Assembly: GCA_951406725.2 (NCBI GenBank)
Contig: OX597828.1
Location: 42,718,001 to 42,782,000, forward strand
Origin: Octopus vulgaris
Lineage: Eukaryota
Direction of reading: 5' to 3'
Length of the DNA: 64,000 bases
Positions 1-11,071 of the stretch are shown here, piece after piece. The translations under genes and the position numbers were made by a program. Positions within the stretch are counted from its first letter, which is position 1. Every line of letters begins with the position of its first letter. The notes beneath the pieces were generated by a model that ran no database searches, had not been told where the DNA came from, and saw only the letters and a program-made list of their open reading frames with translations.

Positions 1-311
1 ACGACTGCTTGTATGGTTCATGAATTTTTCAGAAGAATTTGTAGGCCTCTTCCTGAAAAAAGTTTGAGCAACACTGATGAGGAGACGCATTTTAGTCTAC
101 TACTGACTCACACCTTGGGTCCAGACAAAACTCCACTTAGACAAAAAACCCTCGGACAAAAATCCCCTAAGTTAAAGTGCGAAATAAAACAAAAGCCCTT
201 CAGTTATATATATTTCTGTTTTCGAACTTTAATACCATTTAATATCAATAAAATTCGAAGGGAAAATATAATTTTAGATAATTCATTACTGAAATAATCA
301 TGAAAAATATT

Positions 312-905
312 CATTTTTACTTTAGGCACAAGGGCCGAAATTTTGGGGGAGGTGGCCAGTCGACTACATCGACCCCAGCACGTAACTGGTACTTAATTTA
401 TCGAGCCCGAAAGGATGAAAGGCAAAGTCAACCCCGGCGGAATTTGAAATCAGACAGATGAAATACCGCTAAGTATTTCGCGAGTCGCGTGCCTTAATCA
501 TAAAAAATATTCTTTTCTACTCTAGGCACAAAGTCTGAAATTTTTGGGGAGGTGGCCAGTCGATTAGATCGACCCCAGCACGCAACTAGTACTTAATTTA
601 TCGACCCCAAAAGGATGAAAAGCAAAGTCAACCTCGGCGGAATTTGAACTTAGTGCGTAAAGACAGACGAAATACCTATTCTTTATTACCCACAAGGCGC
701 TAAACATAGAGGGGACAAACAAAGAAAGACAGGTATTAAGTCGATTACATCGACCCCAGTGCGTAACTGGTACTTAATTTATCGACCCCGAAAGGATGAA
801 AGGCAAAGTCGACTTCGGCGGAATTTGAACTCACAACGTAACGACAGACGAAATACAGCTACACATTTCGCCCGGCGTGCTAACGTTTCTGCCAGCTCGC
901 CGCCT
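312..905 (-). mobile_element. SINE family A cluster: one partial copy (312-494) plus a head-to-tail dimer (512-905)
   Basis: Minus strand reads GGCGGCGAGCTGGCAGAAACGTTAG (A-box-like) ... GAGTTCAAATTCC (B-box), then the central domain GCCTTTCATCCTTTCGGGGTCGATAAATTAAGTACCAG. A 17-bp direct repeat TAATCATRAAAAATATT occurs at 295, 495 and 906. Confidence 0.85.
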
Positions 906-1314
906 TAATCATGAAAAATATTACAATCATACTTTGTGTTGGTTCACTTTACATGATTATTATTTTATATACCTGGGCACCATAATTTCCAAAGCAGATT
1001 ATACCCGGAGCAGGTCAGTGTTTTTCTTTATCCTTACCTGTCGGCATTCTTTAATTAGCGGCCTGTTTGCATTATTGGCCTTCTGTTGCAACTGCTTGTT
1101 CTTTTTAGGAAGATCGCTTCCTACCTACACATGGGGAATTACGGTACCCAGGTTGACAAAACACTGACCGCGTGCAGAGAACCAACGCAAAGAAAGATTA
1201 TAACGCGTTTCATTCTTTTTCTTCTGTCATTAAACTGCGGCCATGCTGGGGCACAGTTCATGAATTTTTAATCGAATGATTAAACTTGTTTTTTTAAAGC
1301 TTGGTACTTTATTA

Positions 1315-2128
1315 CTGTGACTTTTTCCTAGCCAAAATTGTGACTTTATTAGTGTGATTTATTTTCCGGTGACATTTTTCCTAGCCAAAATTGTGAGTTT
1401 ATTAGTGTGACATTTTTCCTAGACAAATTGTGACTTATTTTCTTGCGACTTTTTCCTAGCCAAATTGTGACTTTTTCCTAGCAAAAATTGTGACTTTATA
1501 ACTGTGACTTATTTTCCGGTGACATTTTTCCTAGCCAAAATTGTGATTTTATTAGTGTGACATTTTTCCTAGCCAAATTGTGACTTATTTTCTTGCGAAT
1601 TTTTTCCTAGCCAAATTGTGACTTTTTCCTAGCCAAAATTGTGACTTTATTAGTGTGACATTTTTCCTAGCCAAATTGTGACTTATTTTCTTGTGACTTT
1701 TCCTAGCCAAAATTGTGAGTTTATTAGTGTAACATTTTTCCTAGCCAAATTGTGACTTATTTTCTTGCGACTTTTTTCCTAGCCAAATTGTGACTTTTTC
1801 CTAGTCAAAATTGTGACTTTATAACTGACTTATTTTCCGGTGACATTTTTCCTAGCCAAAATTGTGAGTTTATTAGTGTGACAATTTTCCTAGCCAAATT
1901 GTGACTTATTTTCTTGCGACTTTTTCCTAGCCAAATTGTGACTTATTTTCTTGTGACTTTTTCCAGCCAAAATTGTGACTTTATTAGTGTGACATTTTTC
2001 CTAGCTAAATTGTGACTTATTTTCTTGCGACTTTTTTCCTATCCAAATTGTGACTTTTTCCTAGCCAAAATTGTGACTTTATTAGTGTGACTTTTTTCTA
2101 TGATATTTTTCCTAGCCAAATAGTGACT
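1315..2128. repeat. Complex minisatellite built from 14-23 bp subunits that mostly end in GTGAC/GCGAC
   Basis: Recurring subunits TTTTCCTAGCCAAA(A)TTGTGAC, TTATTAGTGTGAC, TTATTTTCTTGCGAC and TTATTTTCCGGTGAC in shuffled higher-order order. Confidence 0.95.
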
Positions 2129-2212
2129 CTGAATTTTTATTACGATCAACCAGTTACATTATCTCGTAAATGAATGTTATTTGGAATTAAAGTTGGGAAA
2201 TTTGGGTAAGCT

Positions 2213-2261
2213 TAGCCAATCAACAGACAGCGTGGCATTAGCAGCTTGTTACCATGACAAC
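2213..2261. promoter_or_regulatory. CCAAT box plus RFX X-box
   Basis: TAGCCAATCA at 2213-2222 and GTTACCATGACAAC at 2248-2261, matching the X-box consensus GTNRCCATGRYAAC. No transcript evidence. Confidence 0.35.
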
Positions 2262-2510
2262 TGCACGCTGTGTTGTAATTCACTGTTGGCTGTGCCGCTG
2301 TTGTCTATTGTTGATTTCACCCGCATGTTTTAATTTTTCTGTGTGTTAGTATATCACATTTTTTCTATGCTTCTGTTTGTTAGTATTTTTCTCTGTGTTA
2401 GTATTTTTACATATTTTTCATTTCATATATTTTTGGGACTCATTGACTCAGATAGCTGGATTTATGACTTCACTAGGTTAATTCTATTCATAAAAATTTC
2501 AATTAGGAGT

Positions 2511-2884
2511 TCAACGCTTTAACGGATCTCGGGCGACGGTCCCTCTCACTCTCCTCCGGCGCCAGGTGGCCGGTTCGCATGCCGCAGGATGCCCCGGCCG
2601 GTCACCCCGCGGGGTGGGATTTTAAGCTACTTCAAGATGACCCACTCAGCATCACGAGTCCGGGTACTGATGAGACCCGGTGTGCGGTGGTACTTTTAGT
2701 TACCCTTTTGCGGGAGGGACAGGCATCGAACAGCCCCCACGCTCGAGGGGCTCAAGCTCTCTTACCTCGACAAGGTAGTACCCCGGGAGTCCTGCTCAAC
2801 CCCGCCATCAATGAGCAACAAGCATACTCGTGCCATCCATATGACGGAGCAGTTAAAGAGTGTCCATTCCGTTAAGAGTACACA
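2511..2884 (+). mobile_element. 5'-truncated non-LTR retrotransposon 3' end (R2-like C-terminus plus GC-rich 3' UTR)
   Basis: GC-rich island flanked by a 13-bp direct repeat TTCAATTAGGAGT (2498-2510, 2885-2897). Frame 2512-2625 reads QRFNGSRAT...PRGVGF*. The 3' end carries imperfect GAGTACACATT tandem repeats. Confidence 0.55.
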
Positions 2885-3213
2885 TTCAATTAGGAGTACA
2901 CATTTCAACAGCTTAACTGAAATTTAGACCACGTAACAAGAACTGAGAGGGAAATCGTGGAACAGAGAAACTGTGGGTGATACAGATAATTTGACATTAT
3001 TTTTGAATTTTGCACGCAAAAACATACAAGATACAGGTATACTTTTTCTTAGGACAAATTCTTTGTTGACCAGTGTTATTCTTAGTGTAGCATGAAAACG
3101 TTACTCAACTTTGGAGTTTTGGAGACAGACGCCATCTTTTCACACACTTATATATTAATGATGTACATAAATACATGGCAGGTATACATAATACTGAAGT
3201 ACGCATAAAGTAA

Positions 3214-3961
3214 ACACAAGGCCCGAAAATTTTGGGGAAGGAGCCAGTCGATTAGATCTACCCCAGTACGCAACTGGTAGTTAATTTATCGACCTCGAAA
3301 GGATGAAAAGCAAAGTCGATCTCGGCGGATTTTGAACTCATAACGTAAAGACAGATGAAATACCTATTTCTTTACTACCCATAAGGGGCTAAACACAGAT
3401 AGGACAAACAACGACAAAGGGAGTAAGTTGATTATATCGACCCCAGTGCGTAACTGGTACTTACTTTAACGATCCCGAAAGGATGAAAGGCAAAGTCGAC
3501 CTCGACGGAATTTAAATTCAGAACGTAACGGCAGACGAAATACCTATTTCTTTATTACCCATAAGGGGCTAAACACAGAGAGGACAAACAAGGACAGACA
3601 AACGGATTAAGTCGATTATATCGACCCCAGTGCGTAACTGGTACTTACTTTAACGACTTCGAAAGAATGAAAAGCAAAGTGGATCTCGGCGGATTTTGAA
3701 CTCATAACGTAAAGACAGATGAAATACCTATTTCTTTACTACCCATAAGGGGCTAAACACAGAGAGGACAAACAAGGACAGACAAACGGATTAAGTCGAT
3801 TATATCGACCCCAGTGCGTAACTGGTACTTACTTTAACGACCCCGAAAGGATGAAAGGCAAAGTCGACCTCGACGGAATTTAAATTCAGAACGTAACGGC
3901 AGACGAAATACGGCTACACATTTCGCCCGGCATGCTAACGTTTCTGCCAGCTCGCCGCCTT
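3214..3961 (-). mobile_element. SINE family A tandem tetramer
   Basis: Four units of about 150-230 bp joined at GAAATACCTATTTC (3357, 3537, 3721). A single complete tRNA-like head lies at 3910-3961. Confidence 0.9.
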
Positions 3962-4088
3962 ATGCAGACAAATATATTAACATAACCAATTTTTTAAAAT
4001 GATAAAAACATACAATCAATGAAGAGACAAAAGAAACAGTAAGAGGATACATGTCGATTTTATTAGGTATTTCTGTTTATTTAGAAGC

Positions 4089-4541
4089 CTGGCTACCCGC
4101 ATGGTTCATGGTCTCAAGCATTTATCTTATGAAGAAAGGCTGAAGACGCTCGACCTTTATTCTCTAGAAAAACGCCGCCGCCGTGGTGATCTCATTCTCG
4201 CTCACAACATCATAAGCGGAAAGTGTAACCTCTCGAAAGAGCTGTTCTTCACTCCTGCTCCAGAGCGTCGGCTGCGGGGTCATTCCGAAAAGCTCTATCT
4301 GCGACGATTTCATCTCAATCGAAGGAGAGGGGCTTTCTCCGTCCGGGTTGCGGATCCGTGGAACAAGCTGCCAGACGAGATGGTGAAGATGCCGACGACC
4401 ACTTTGTTCAAAGTCTCCCTTGACCTCAAGTGGCCTGAACTCTTTACCTGAACACCACCCTGTACATAACTCCATGTCCCCCTACATGGCCTTGCTTTTT
4501 GCTTTTTGAGCCAAAAAATTAACTAACTAACTAACTAACTA
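4089..4541 (+). mobile_element. CR1-clade LINE, 5'-truncated (ORF2 C-terminus, 3' UTR, (CTAA)n tail)
   Basis: ORF 4101-4451 has the CR1 C-terminal motifs LSYEERL..LDLYSLEKRRRRGDLI, RGHS.KL and FSVRV..WNKLP. The 3' UTR has a CCATGT/ACATGG hairpin and a (CTAA)n tail. Confidence 0.9.
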
Positions 4542-4813
4542 GGTCAGACGCTAAACTATAAATTTCATAGCCTTAAAGTTGACACCGCTCCACTAAACGC
4601 AGAAAATTTCTGTCTCGCTATTGGCTGAAAATACTCAGTTTTTTCTTACAATTTTTAAACCTCTGTAACTATTTTCGCCAGTTTTTTTTCTGCATGATAC
4701 CTTCAAAGCAATGAGACTGAAAGGCTACATTATTACAGCCGATTTTCAGATTTTCTACTTCTTTTCAAAAAATGCATATTTTGCGAATGAAAAAAAAAAT
4801 CCTAATCGACTGT

Positions 4814-5192
4814 GGTGTAGGAGTGGCTGTGTGGTAAGTAGCTTGCTTACCAACCACATGGCTCCGGATTCAGTCTCACTGCGTGGCACCTTGGGCAAGT
4901 GTCTTCTACTATAGTTTCGGGCCGACCTAAGCCTTGTGAGTGGATTTGGTAGGTGGAAACTGAAAGAAGCCCGTTGTATATATGTATATATGTGTGTTTG
5001 TCCCCACTACATCGCTTGACAACCGATGCTGGTGTGTTTACGTCCCCGTAACATAGCGGTTCGGCAAAAGAGAACGATAGAATAAGTACTAGGCTTACAA
5101 AGAATAAGTGCTGGGGTCGATTTGCTCGACTAAAAGGCGGTGCTCCAGCATGGCCGCAGTCAAATGACTGAAACAAGTAAAAGAGTAAAAGA
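4814..5192 (+). mobile_element. SINE family B (tRNA-like head, CORE-like domain, internal microsatellite, (GTAAAAGA)n tail), full length
   Basis: Head GGAGTGGCTGTGTGGTAAG...GGATTCAGTC, CORE-like ACCTTGGGCAAGTG, tail CAGTCAAATGACTGAAACAAGTAAAAGAG. More than 20 copies in the window. Confidence 0.9.
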
Positions 5193-5826
5193 CTATCTTC
5201 TACCTCCAAAATTTGTGTCTATACTAGAAAGTATTATTGTGTTATCAGAGTGTCATCTGAGGAATATATGGTTGCTATTTCTAGCAAATATAAACGACTT
5301 CTGTGTAGATAGCCTCTTTCACACGTTAACTCCATCCTGAAGAGACTGATGTTGGTAGTCAGCCAACTATGGTTGTCGAGCGACGATAAACGAAAACGCA
5401 ACAGAAAAGCTTCTATGCACACCGTACCCCTACTTCTCGAGCGCGCACGTGTGAATGTGTGTAGGGGGTAGAATCTGTCTTAAATTGTATATCTGTCTGT
5501 CTTTTTCTTTTGGAGGTCATGACCTTTCAAGACCTTATGCTTCTTGTTGTTCTTTTTTACATTTTTCTTATGCTTGTATTCTTTTCTCCTTTTTTCTTTC
5601 TAGATATTTTTCTCGGGTATCGCCCCTTTAAAAGCAAATCGGTACCGGTTTGTTAGCTGTGGTAGATGAAATACCTTGGGTGGGTGAGGGTGGTAGTGAC
5701 AGCTTTCGGAATAGAGGGTGGTGGTGTCGGTAGTATTTGTAGTAGTAGTAGTCATGGTAGTGGTAGTTGTAGTGATTGCTGGTGGTGGTGGTGGTGGTGG
5801 TGAATGACACAGACCCCGTGCCGGGG

Positions 5827-5897
5827 TGGGCTGGGGTGGCGTTTAGATCATCATTCAAGAATTGTTGGGTGTGGTTGACTGCGAAGGTGTGAGTTGA

Positions 5898-5932
<35 letters not shown>

Positions 5933-6235
5933 GGTCCCGGGTTGAGTCGGGGTTAACCACAGTAAATAAGGTACTCAATACATAGCAGAGTAAATTAATT
6001 TATTATATAGAAGGAGCTTCTACAGGACTAGAACTGTTTCATTCAGTCCTGTAGAAGCTCCTTCTATATAATAAATTAATTTACTCTGCTATGTATTGAG
6101 TACCTTATTTACTGTGGTTAACCCCGACTCAACCCGGGACCTACATATATATATATATATATCTTCAACTCACACCTTCGCAGTCAACCACACCCAACAA
6201 TTCTTGAATGATGATCTAAACGCCACCCCAGCCCA
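5827..6235. repeat. About 200-bp-arm near-perfect palindrome formed by inverted PLE-like terminal repeats
   Basis: Arms 5827-6029 and 6045-6235 are reverse complements apart from (TA)n length, with a 15-nt spacer. 6235-6281 repeats 6030-6076. Confidence 0.9.
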
Positions 6236-6279
6236 GAACTGTTTCATTCAGTCCTGTAGAAGCTCCTTCTATATAATAA

Positions 6280-7190
6280 ATATATATATATATATACTGT
6301 ACACACACATATATATATAATGATATAATGTATGTGTGTGTGTGTGTGTGAGGATTTCTAGCTGTTGACGGTGATGGTGGAAGGTTGGGGCCCGGAACGA
6401 GTTTTGGGGTGGTGTCGATGAGCATTAAGATTTATAAGGGCGAAGGTTAGTATGTGTGTGTGTGTGTGTGTGTTTGTGTATGCGTGACGGATAGAAATGA
6501 GTGAAGGCTACCAGGAGTGTGGTATTATATTTTGGTTGTAGTGTACGGAGGTGTCCAATGATATAGTGTCTCTTGTTATGGTAGTGGTGGAGGTGGTGGA
6601 GGTGTAGTAATGGTGGTGGTGATGGTGGAAGTGGTGGTGGTGAAAGTGGTGGTGGTGGAGGTGGTTGTGGAGGTGTAGTAATGGTGGTGGTGATGGTGGT
6701 AGTGGTGGTGGTGGTGATGGTGGTGGTGGAGGTGGTGGTGGTGGAAGTGGTTGTGGAGGCGGCAGTAGTGGTGGTGGTGGTGGTGGTGGTGGAGGTAGTT
6801 GTGGTGTATGTAGTAGTGGTGGAGGTAGTTGTGGTAGAGGCGGTTGTGGTGGAGATGGTGGAAGCGGTGTTAGTGGCAGAGGTAGTTGTGGAGGGGTGAT
6901 TGTGGAGGTGGTAGTAGCGGTGGAGGTTGAGGTGGTTGTGGTGATGGTGGAGGAGGTGGTGGTAGAGGTTGTGGCGGAGGTGGTGGCGGAGGGGGTTGTG
7001 GAGGTGGTAGTAGTGGTTGTAATTGTGGTGGTGATGGTAGTTGTGGAGGTGGAAGTAGTGGTGGTCGGTGAGGTGGTTGTGGTGGTGGTGGTGGTGGAGG
7101 TGGTTGTAGTGGTACTTCTAAGAGTTTTAAACGGGTTCAGTTCGCATGACTTCACAGAAATAAGGGTTTCATTCATTATGTGAATTTCCT
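6280..7190 (-). mobile_element. Probable PLE 3' region with a long degenerate (ACC/ACT)n tract
   Basis: Adjacent to the hammerhead-containing terminal repeat; (GGT)n-rich tract at 6580-7112. No clear protein motif. Confidence 0.35.
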
Positions 7191-7249
7191 TGCATGTACA
7201 TGTGTATAGATGTTATTTACATATGTAAAAATGCGCGCGTGTGTGTGTA

Positions 7250-7286
<37 letters not shown>

Positions 7287-7339
7287 AAAGTTGCGTAGCT
7301 GACATAGAGGACAGGAAGCCATCTGAATATTGGTAAAGA

Positions 7340-8350
7340 GTTACACTGTATTATGATGATTCGCGCCGGTGATCAAAATGCCAGCCTCATAACTGCTGTT
7401 CAATGCTGTGTGAACAATGTAAGGGTTGAAAGGCGTGGTTTGGACTGCTGTAACGAAGACTACAAAGTCGTGGCCAGCTGGAAAGGACACAGAAGGCCAG
7501 AATTCATTAATCAGCTGCAAGACAAAGTGGTGGAAGATCTGAGCAAGAGAATCCAGGCTTTGGAGAGAGAGATGGAGTGTTGGAGTCCCTACCATGAAAC
7601 TGATCTTGAATGAGGACCTTTGTTACCACACGTATAAGAGGTGCAAGGGACAAATTCTCACAGCCAAGGTCAATGAGAACCGCTTAACGAAGACAAAGAA
7701 GCTCCTGAACAATCAGAGTTATCCTATTGAGCCGAGGTTGATCTGATGCTTCACAGTTGAGATAAAATGTCTTCTAGCAACTGTTGCACAACACCCAGAG
7801 CAACAGGCGTCTTGCCTATAATCCTTGTGATATCCCATGTATCATAAAAAGCAAGTTCCTTCAAACAGTGATGGCCTTTGGACGTATCTCCAGCGAAGGT
7901 GATGTCATACCGCCCAACGTCTTTGAACATGGTCTTAGGGTAATTTTAGACGCTCATTTGTGAAGCTGCTGGTGACTGTGGTCAAACCATGGATGGAGAG
8001 GCTTGCTGCTGGGAGGTCATATATGTGGCAACAGGAATCAGCTCCCTGCCATATTTCCGGAAAAAATCAAAGGGGGAGACGTGGTTGTTGGAGAATTTTT
8101 CACGACCTTACCTGCCCCATTTTCTGGTTTCCTAATTCCCACAAAAAATGTGTGGGGCTCGTTTGAGAAAGACAGCAATTGCTCTACCTGCAACACCAAG
8201 GCCGAGCTGGTGGCTATGATCAAGGAGATATTCAAAGATCTTCCCAGTAACAGTAAGAGACACATGCACCAGGATGCAAAGATGTCTTGGGGCCAAATGG
8301 TGGTTACTTTGAGAAAATTATTACATCCCAGCCATAATCTAGTTGATATT
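7340..8350 (+). pseudogene. Degenerate Tc1/mariner-superfamily transposase (maT/DD37D-like)
   Basis: Frameshifted fragments: KFPS.VMAFG.ISSEGDVIPP.VF, VKPWMERLAAGRSYMWQQESAPCH, FWFPNS, VWG.FEKDSN. The third catalytic motif is deleted and no TIRs were found. Confidence 0.75.
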
Positions 8351-8369
8351 TTATCATCTTTAAACAAGA

Positions 8370-8535
8370 GTAAGAGTGGCTGTGTGGTAAGTAGCTTGCT
8401 TACCAACCACATGGTTCCGGGTTCAGTCCCACTGCGTGGCACATTGGGCAAGTGTCTTCTACTATAGCCTCGGGCCGATCAAAGCTTTGTGAGTGGATTT
8501 GGTTGGCGGAAACTGAAAGAAGCCCGTCGTATATA
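8370..8535 (+). mobile_element. SINE family B head
   Basis: Head and CORE-like domain matching 4814-4980, ending in (TA)n. Confidence 0.85.
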
Positions 8536-8626
<91 letters not shown>

Positions 8627-8631
<5 letters not shown>

Positions 8632-8893
8632 AAATGGGACAAGAACGCAAAACATCCGAACAACTAGAAGATACAAAAAGTGGACAATGAAACATCCAGG
8701 TAGACGATACAAAAAAACAAGGACGGGTCATTCGAAGCTTTGTATCCTCAGTCAAGAACCAGATCATCCTCGCAATTTTGACTGATTAATCTTTTATTAA
8801 TTGCTTTTTGTATCGTCTATCTGGATGTTTTGTTGTTTCCTTTTTGTATCATCTAGTTGTTCGGATGTTTTGCGTTCTTGTCCCATTTTGTAT
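8627..8893 (-). mobile_element. Short foldback element (PLE-terminal-repeat-like) carrying a degenerate permuted hammerhead motif
   Basis: Inverted arms at 8627-8715 and 8805-8893. The interior is homologous to 61129-61209 and has CUGAGGA on the minus strand (8751-8745). Embedded in (TA)n. Confidence 0.65.
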
Positions 8894-8906
8894 TTGATAT
8901 ATATAA

Positions 8907-8965
<59 letters not shown>

Positions 8966-9031
8966 CGGCAGACACGCGATTCACACCCAAATCTTCAGTG
9001 ATAATGGACTGAACTAAACTGTAATTAATCT

Positions 9032-9241
9032 GCTAAACACAGAGGGGACAAACAAGGACAGACAAACGGATTAAGTCGATTACATCGATCCCGGTGCGTG
9101 ACTGGTACTTAATTTATCGACCCCGAAAGGATGAAAGGCAAAGTCGACCTCGGCGGAATTTGAGCTCAGAACGTAACGGCAGACGAAATACCGCTAAGCA
9201 TATCGCCCGGCGTGCTAACATTTCTGCCAGCTCGCCGCCTT
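9032..9241 (-). mobile_element. SINE family A monomer
   Basis: Complete head and central domain; 3' end clipped. Confidence 0.9.
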
Positions 9242-9352
9242 AATATATATATATATACTCATAAGAATATATGCCATGCCACATGATGAGAACGCAGATG
9301 ATGAGAACGATGACAAGGGTGGGAGATGTTGATAATGACGGCAACGACAACA

Positions 9353-9392
<40 letters not shown>

Positions 9393-10106
9393 CGACGACG
9401 ACGACGCTGGCGTTGGCGTTGATGCTGACTTCCTGACATTCGAACCGACTGTAAATATCCGCCTACAGAGGTCATCAGTCACGTAGTACATCACTGTATC
9501 CAAACAAGAGAGGCTGGAAGCAGACTCTAGCCTAGCAGAAAGCAGCAGTTAGTATAAGAAGCAGCTGTGTACGATTTTTCTTTTTTTTTTTTTGTGTGTG
9601 TATGGTATGCTGAGAGAAAAACCAATTCCTTGTAGCCACGTTCCGTGACCGCAAAAGGTCAAGAGGACGAGAGTTTCAACAAAGGATGTATTTAGCCACG
9701 CTTCCTATGTCAAAAGGTTAAAGTACTAGCGGACCTAATAGCGATGTTATTGTTGCTGTCAATGAGTGTTAACACATGCAGGGCGAAAAGCAGACCGTGA
9801 CGTTCAAACGAAGGAGCTACAAAGTGGTCGTTCGATTCGCTAGACATAGCAGCGAAACCTTTTCTGAAACCACATTAAACTACTTGAAGATATTTCAGTG
9901 TCGTGTTTTGCAAACGACTTGTACATGCAAGAGCTGCCAGTCGAAAGCTCCGCATACTGGAAGCAAGCAAGTGTATGGGGGTCATCAGGAGAGAATGTGC
10001 GCCGTTTTGGGGACTACTTCTCGATGGCATCAATGTGCACCGCCCCCACCACTGAAATGAGGCCCCGCTTTCTAGATCAACTGGTTATCAAATAAAGCTC
10101 AATATA

Positions 10107-10518
10107 GGCGTAGGAGTGGCTGTGTGGTAAGTAGCTTGTTTACCAATCACATGGTTCTGGGTTCAGTCCCACTGCGTGACACCTTGGGCAAGTGTCATCT
10201 ACTATAGCCTCGGGCCGACCAAAGCCTTGTGAGTGGATTTGGTAGACGGAAACTGAAAGAAGCCCGTCGTATATATGTATATATATATATATATGCGCGT
10301 GTGTGTTTGTGTGTCTCTGTTTGTCCCCACTACATCGCTTGACAACCGATGCTGGTGTGTTTATGTCCCCGTAACTTAGCGGTTCGGCAAATGAGACCGG
10401 TAGAATAACTACTGGGCTTACAAAAGAATAAGTCCCGGGGGTCGAGTTGCTCGATTAAAGGCGGTGCTCCAGCATGGCCGCAGTCAAATGACTGAAACAA
10501 GTAAAAGAGTAAAAGAGT
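10107..10518 (+). mobile_element. SINE family B, full length
   Basis: Collinear with 4814-5192. Confidence 0.9.
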
Positions 10519-10519
10519 A

Positions 10520-10790
10520 TTCTCCTATCCAGCGCTCATCGTCTGGTGATTTAAGCCTAATGATAACAATAGTCGCCTCGCACTGTGTCCAACAAACTCT
10601 CAACATCCGACTTCGATTGGAAAATGCTCCGCTTTCCAGCCTGCATTTTCAATTTCCTCGAGAAAGCTTACGTAACGGTCAAACTTTCGAACCCGAGCGG
10701 CGTCCATATTATCTTCATGAGGAACCGTTAACTCGACTAGATTCACAACTTTCCTGGCACCCTGGTAAATCTGCAGCCTCCTCCCAATAA
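10520..10790 (-). pseudogene. Restriction-like endonuclease (REL) domain relic of a HERO/NeSL-type non-LTR retrotransposon
   Basis: KVVNLVELTVPHEDN....RKFDRY....GWKAEHFPIEVGC*GFVG matches the ELTVP/RK..Y/PVEVGCRGF REL signature; contains an in-frame stop. Confidence 0.8.
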
Positions 10791-10829
10791 CTGTCCCACT
10801 TTTCATCGCTCACAGGAAGCTGCTGCTGC

Positions 10830-10977
10830 TTCTTCTTCTTCTTCTTCTTCTTCTTCTTCTTCTTCTTCTTCTTCTTCTTCTTCTTCTTCTTCTTCTTCTT
10901 CTTCTTCTTCTTCTTCTTCTTCTTCTTCTTCTTCTTCTTCTTCTTCTTCTTCTTCTTCTTCTTCTCCTTCTTCTTCT
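10830..10977. repeat. (TTC)n / (GAA)n microsatellite
   Basis: Nearly pure trinucleotide run. Confidence 0.98.
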
Positions 10978-11071
10978 TGCACAAACCCAAACTGCTCGTC
11001 TAGAATGAGTCTCTCCCTAATTTGTTGGAGTATGACCCTCTCTGTGACTTTCATTATATATATATATATAT

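Noticed and set aside
13-297. 94-aa ORF at the window start
   Set aside because: No recognisable homology; it runs through a GACAAAA repeat and AT-rich sequence.
1315-2128. CRISPR-like repeat/spacer appearance
   Set aside because: The intervening segments are themselves repeated, the context is eukaryotic, and there are no cas genes.
2660-2680. CUGAUGA as a hammerhead core
   Set aside because: It lies in the loop of a CCGGGT/ACCCGG hairpin with no GAAA strand or stem III.
4519-4541. Telomere-like repeat
   Set aside because: (CTAA)n is the 3' tail of the CR1 element, not (TTAGGG)n.
5332-5372. CUGAAGA followed by a GACU/AGUC stem
   Set aside because: No GAAA after stem II.
6508-7183. Mucin/extensin-like and glycine-rich ORFs
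   Set aside because: Products of a degenerate (GGT)n tract, open on both strands.
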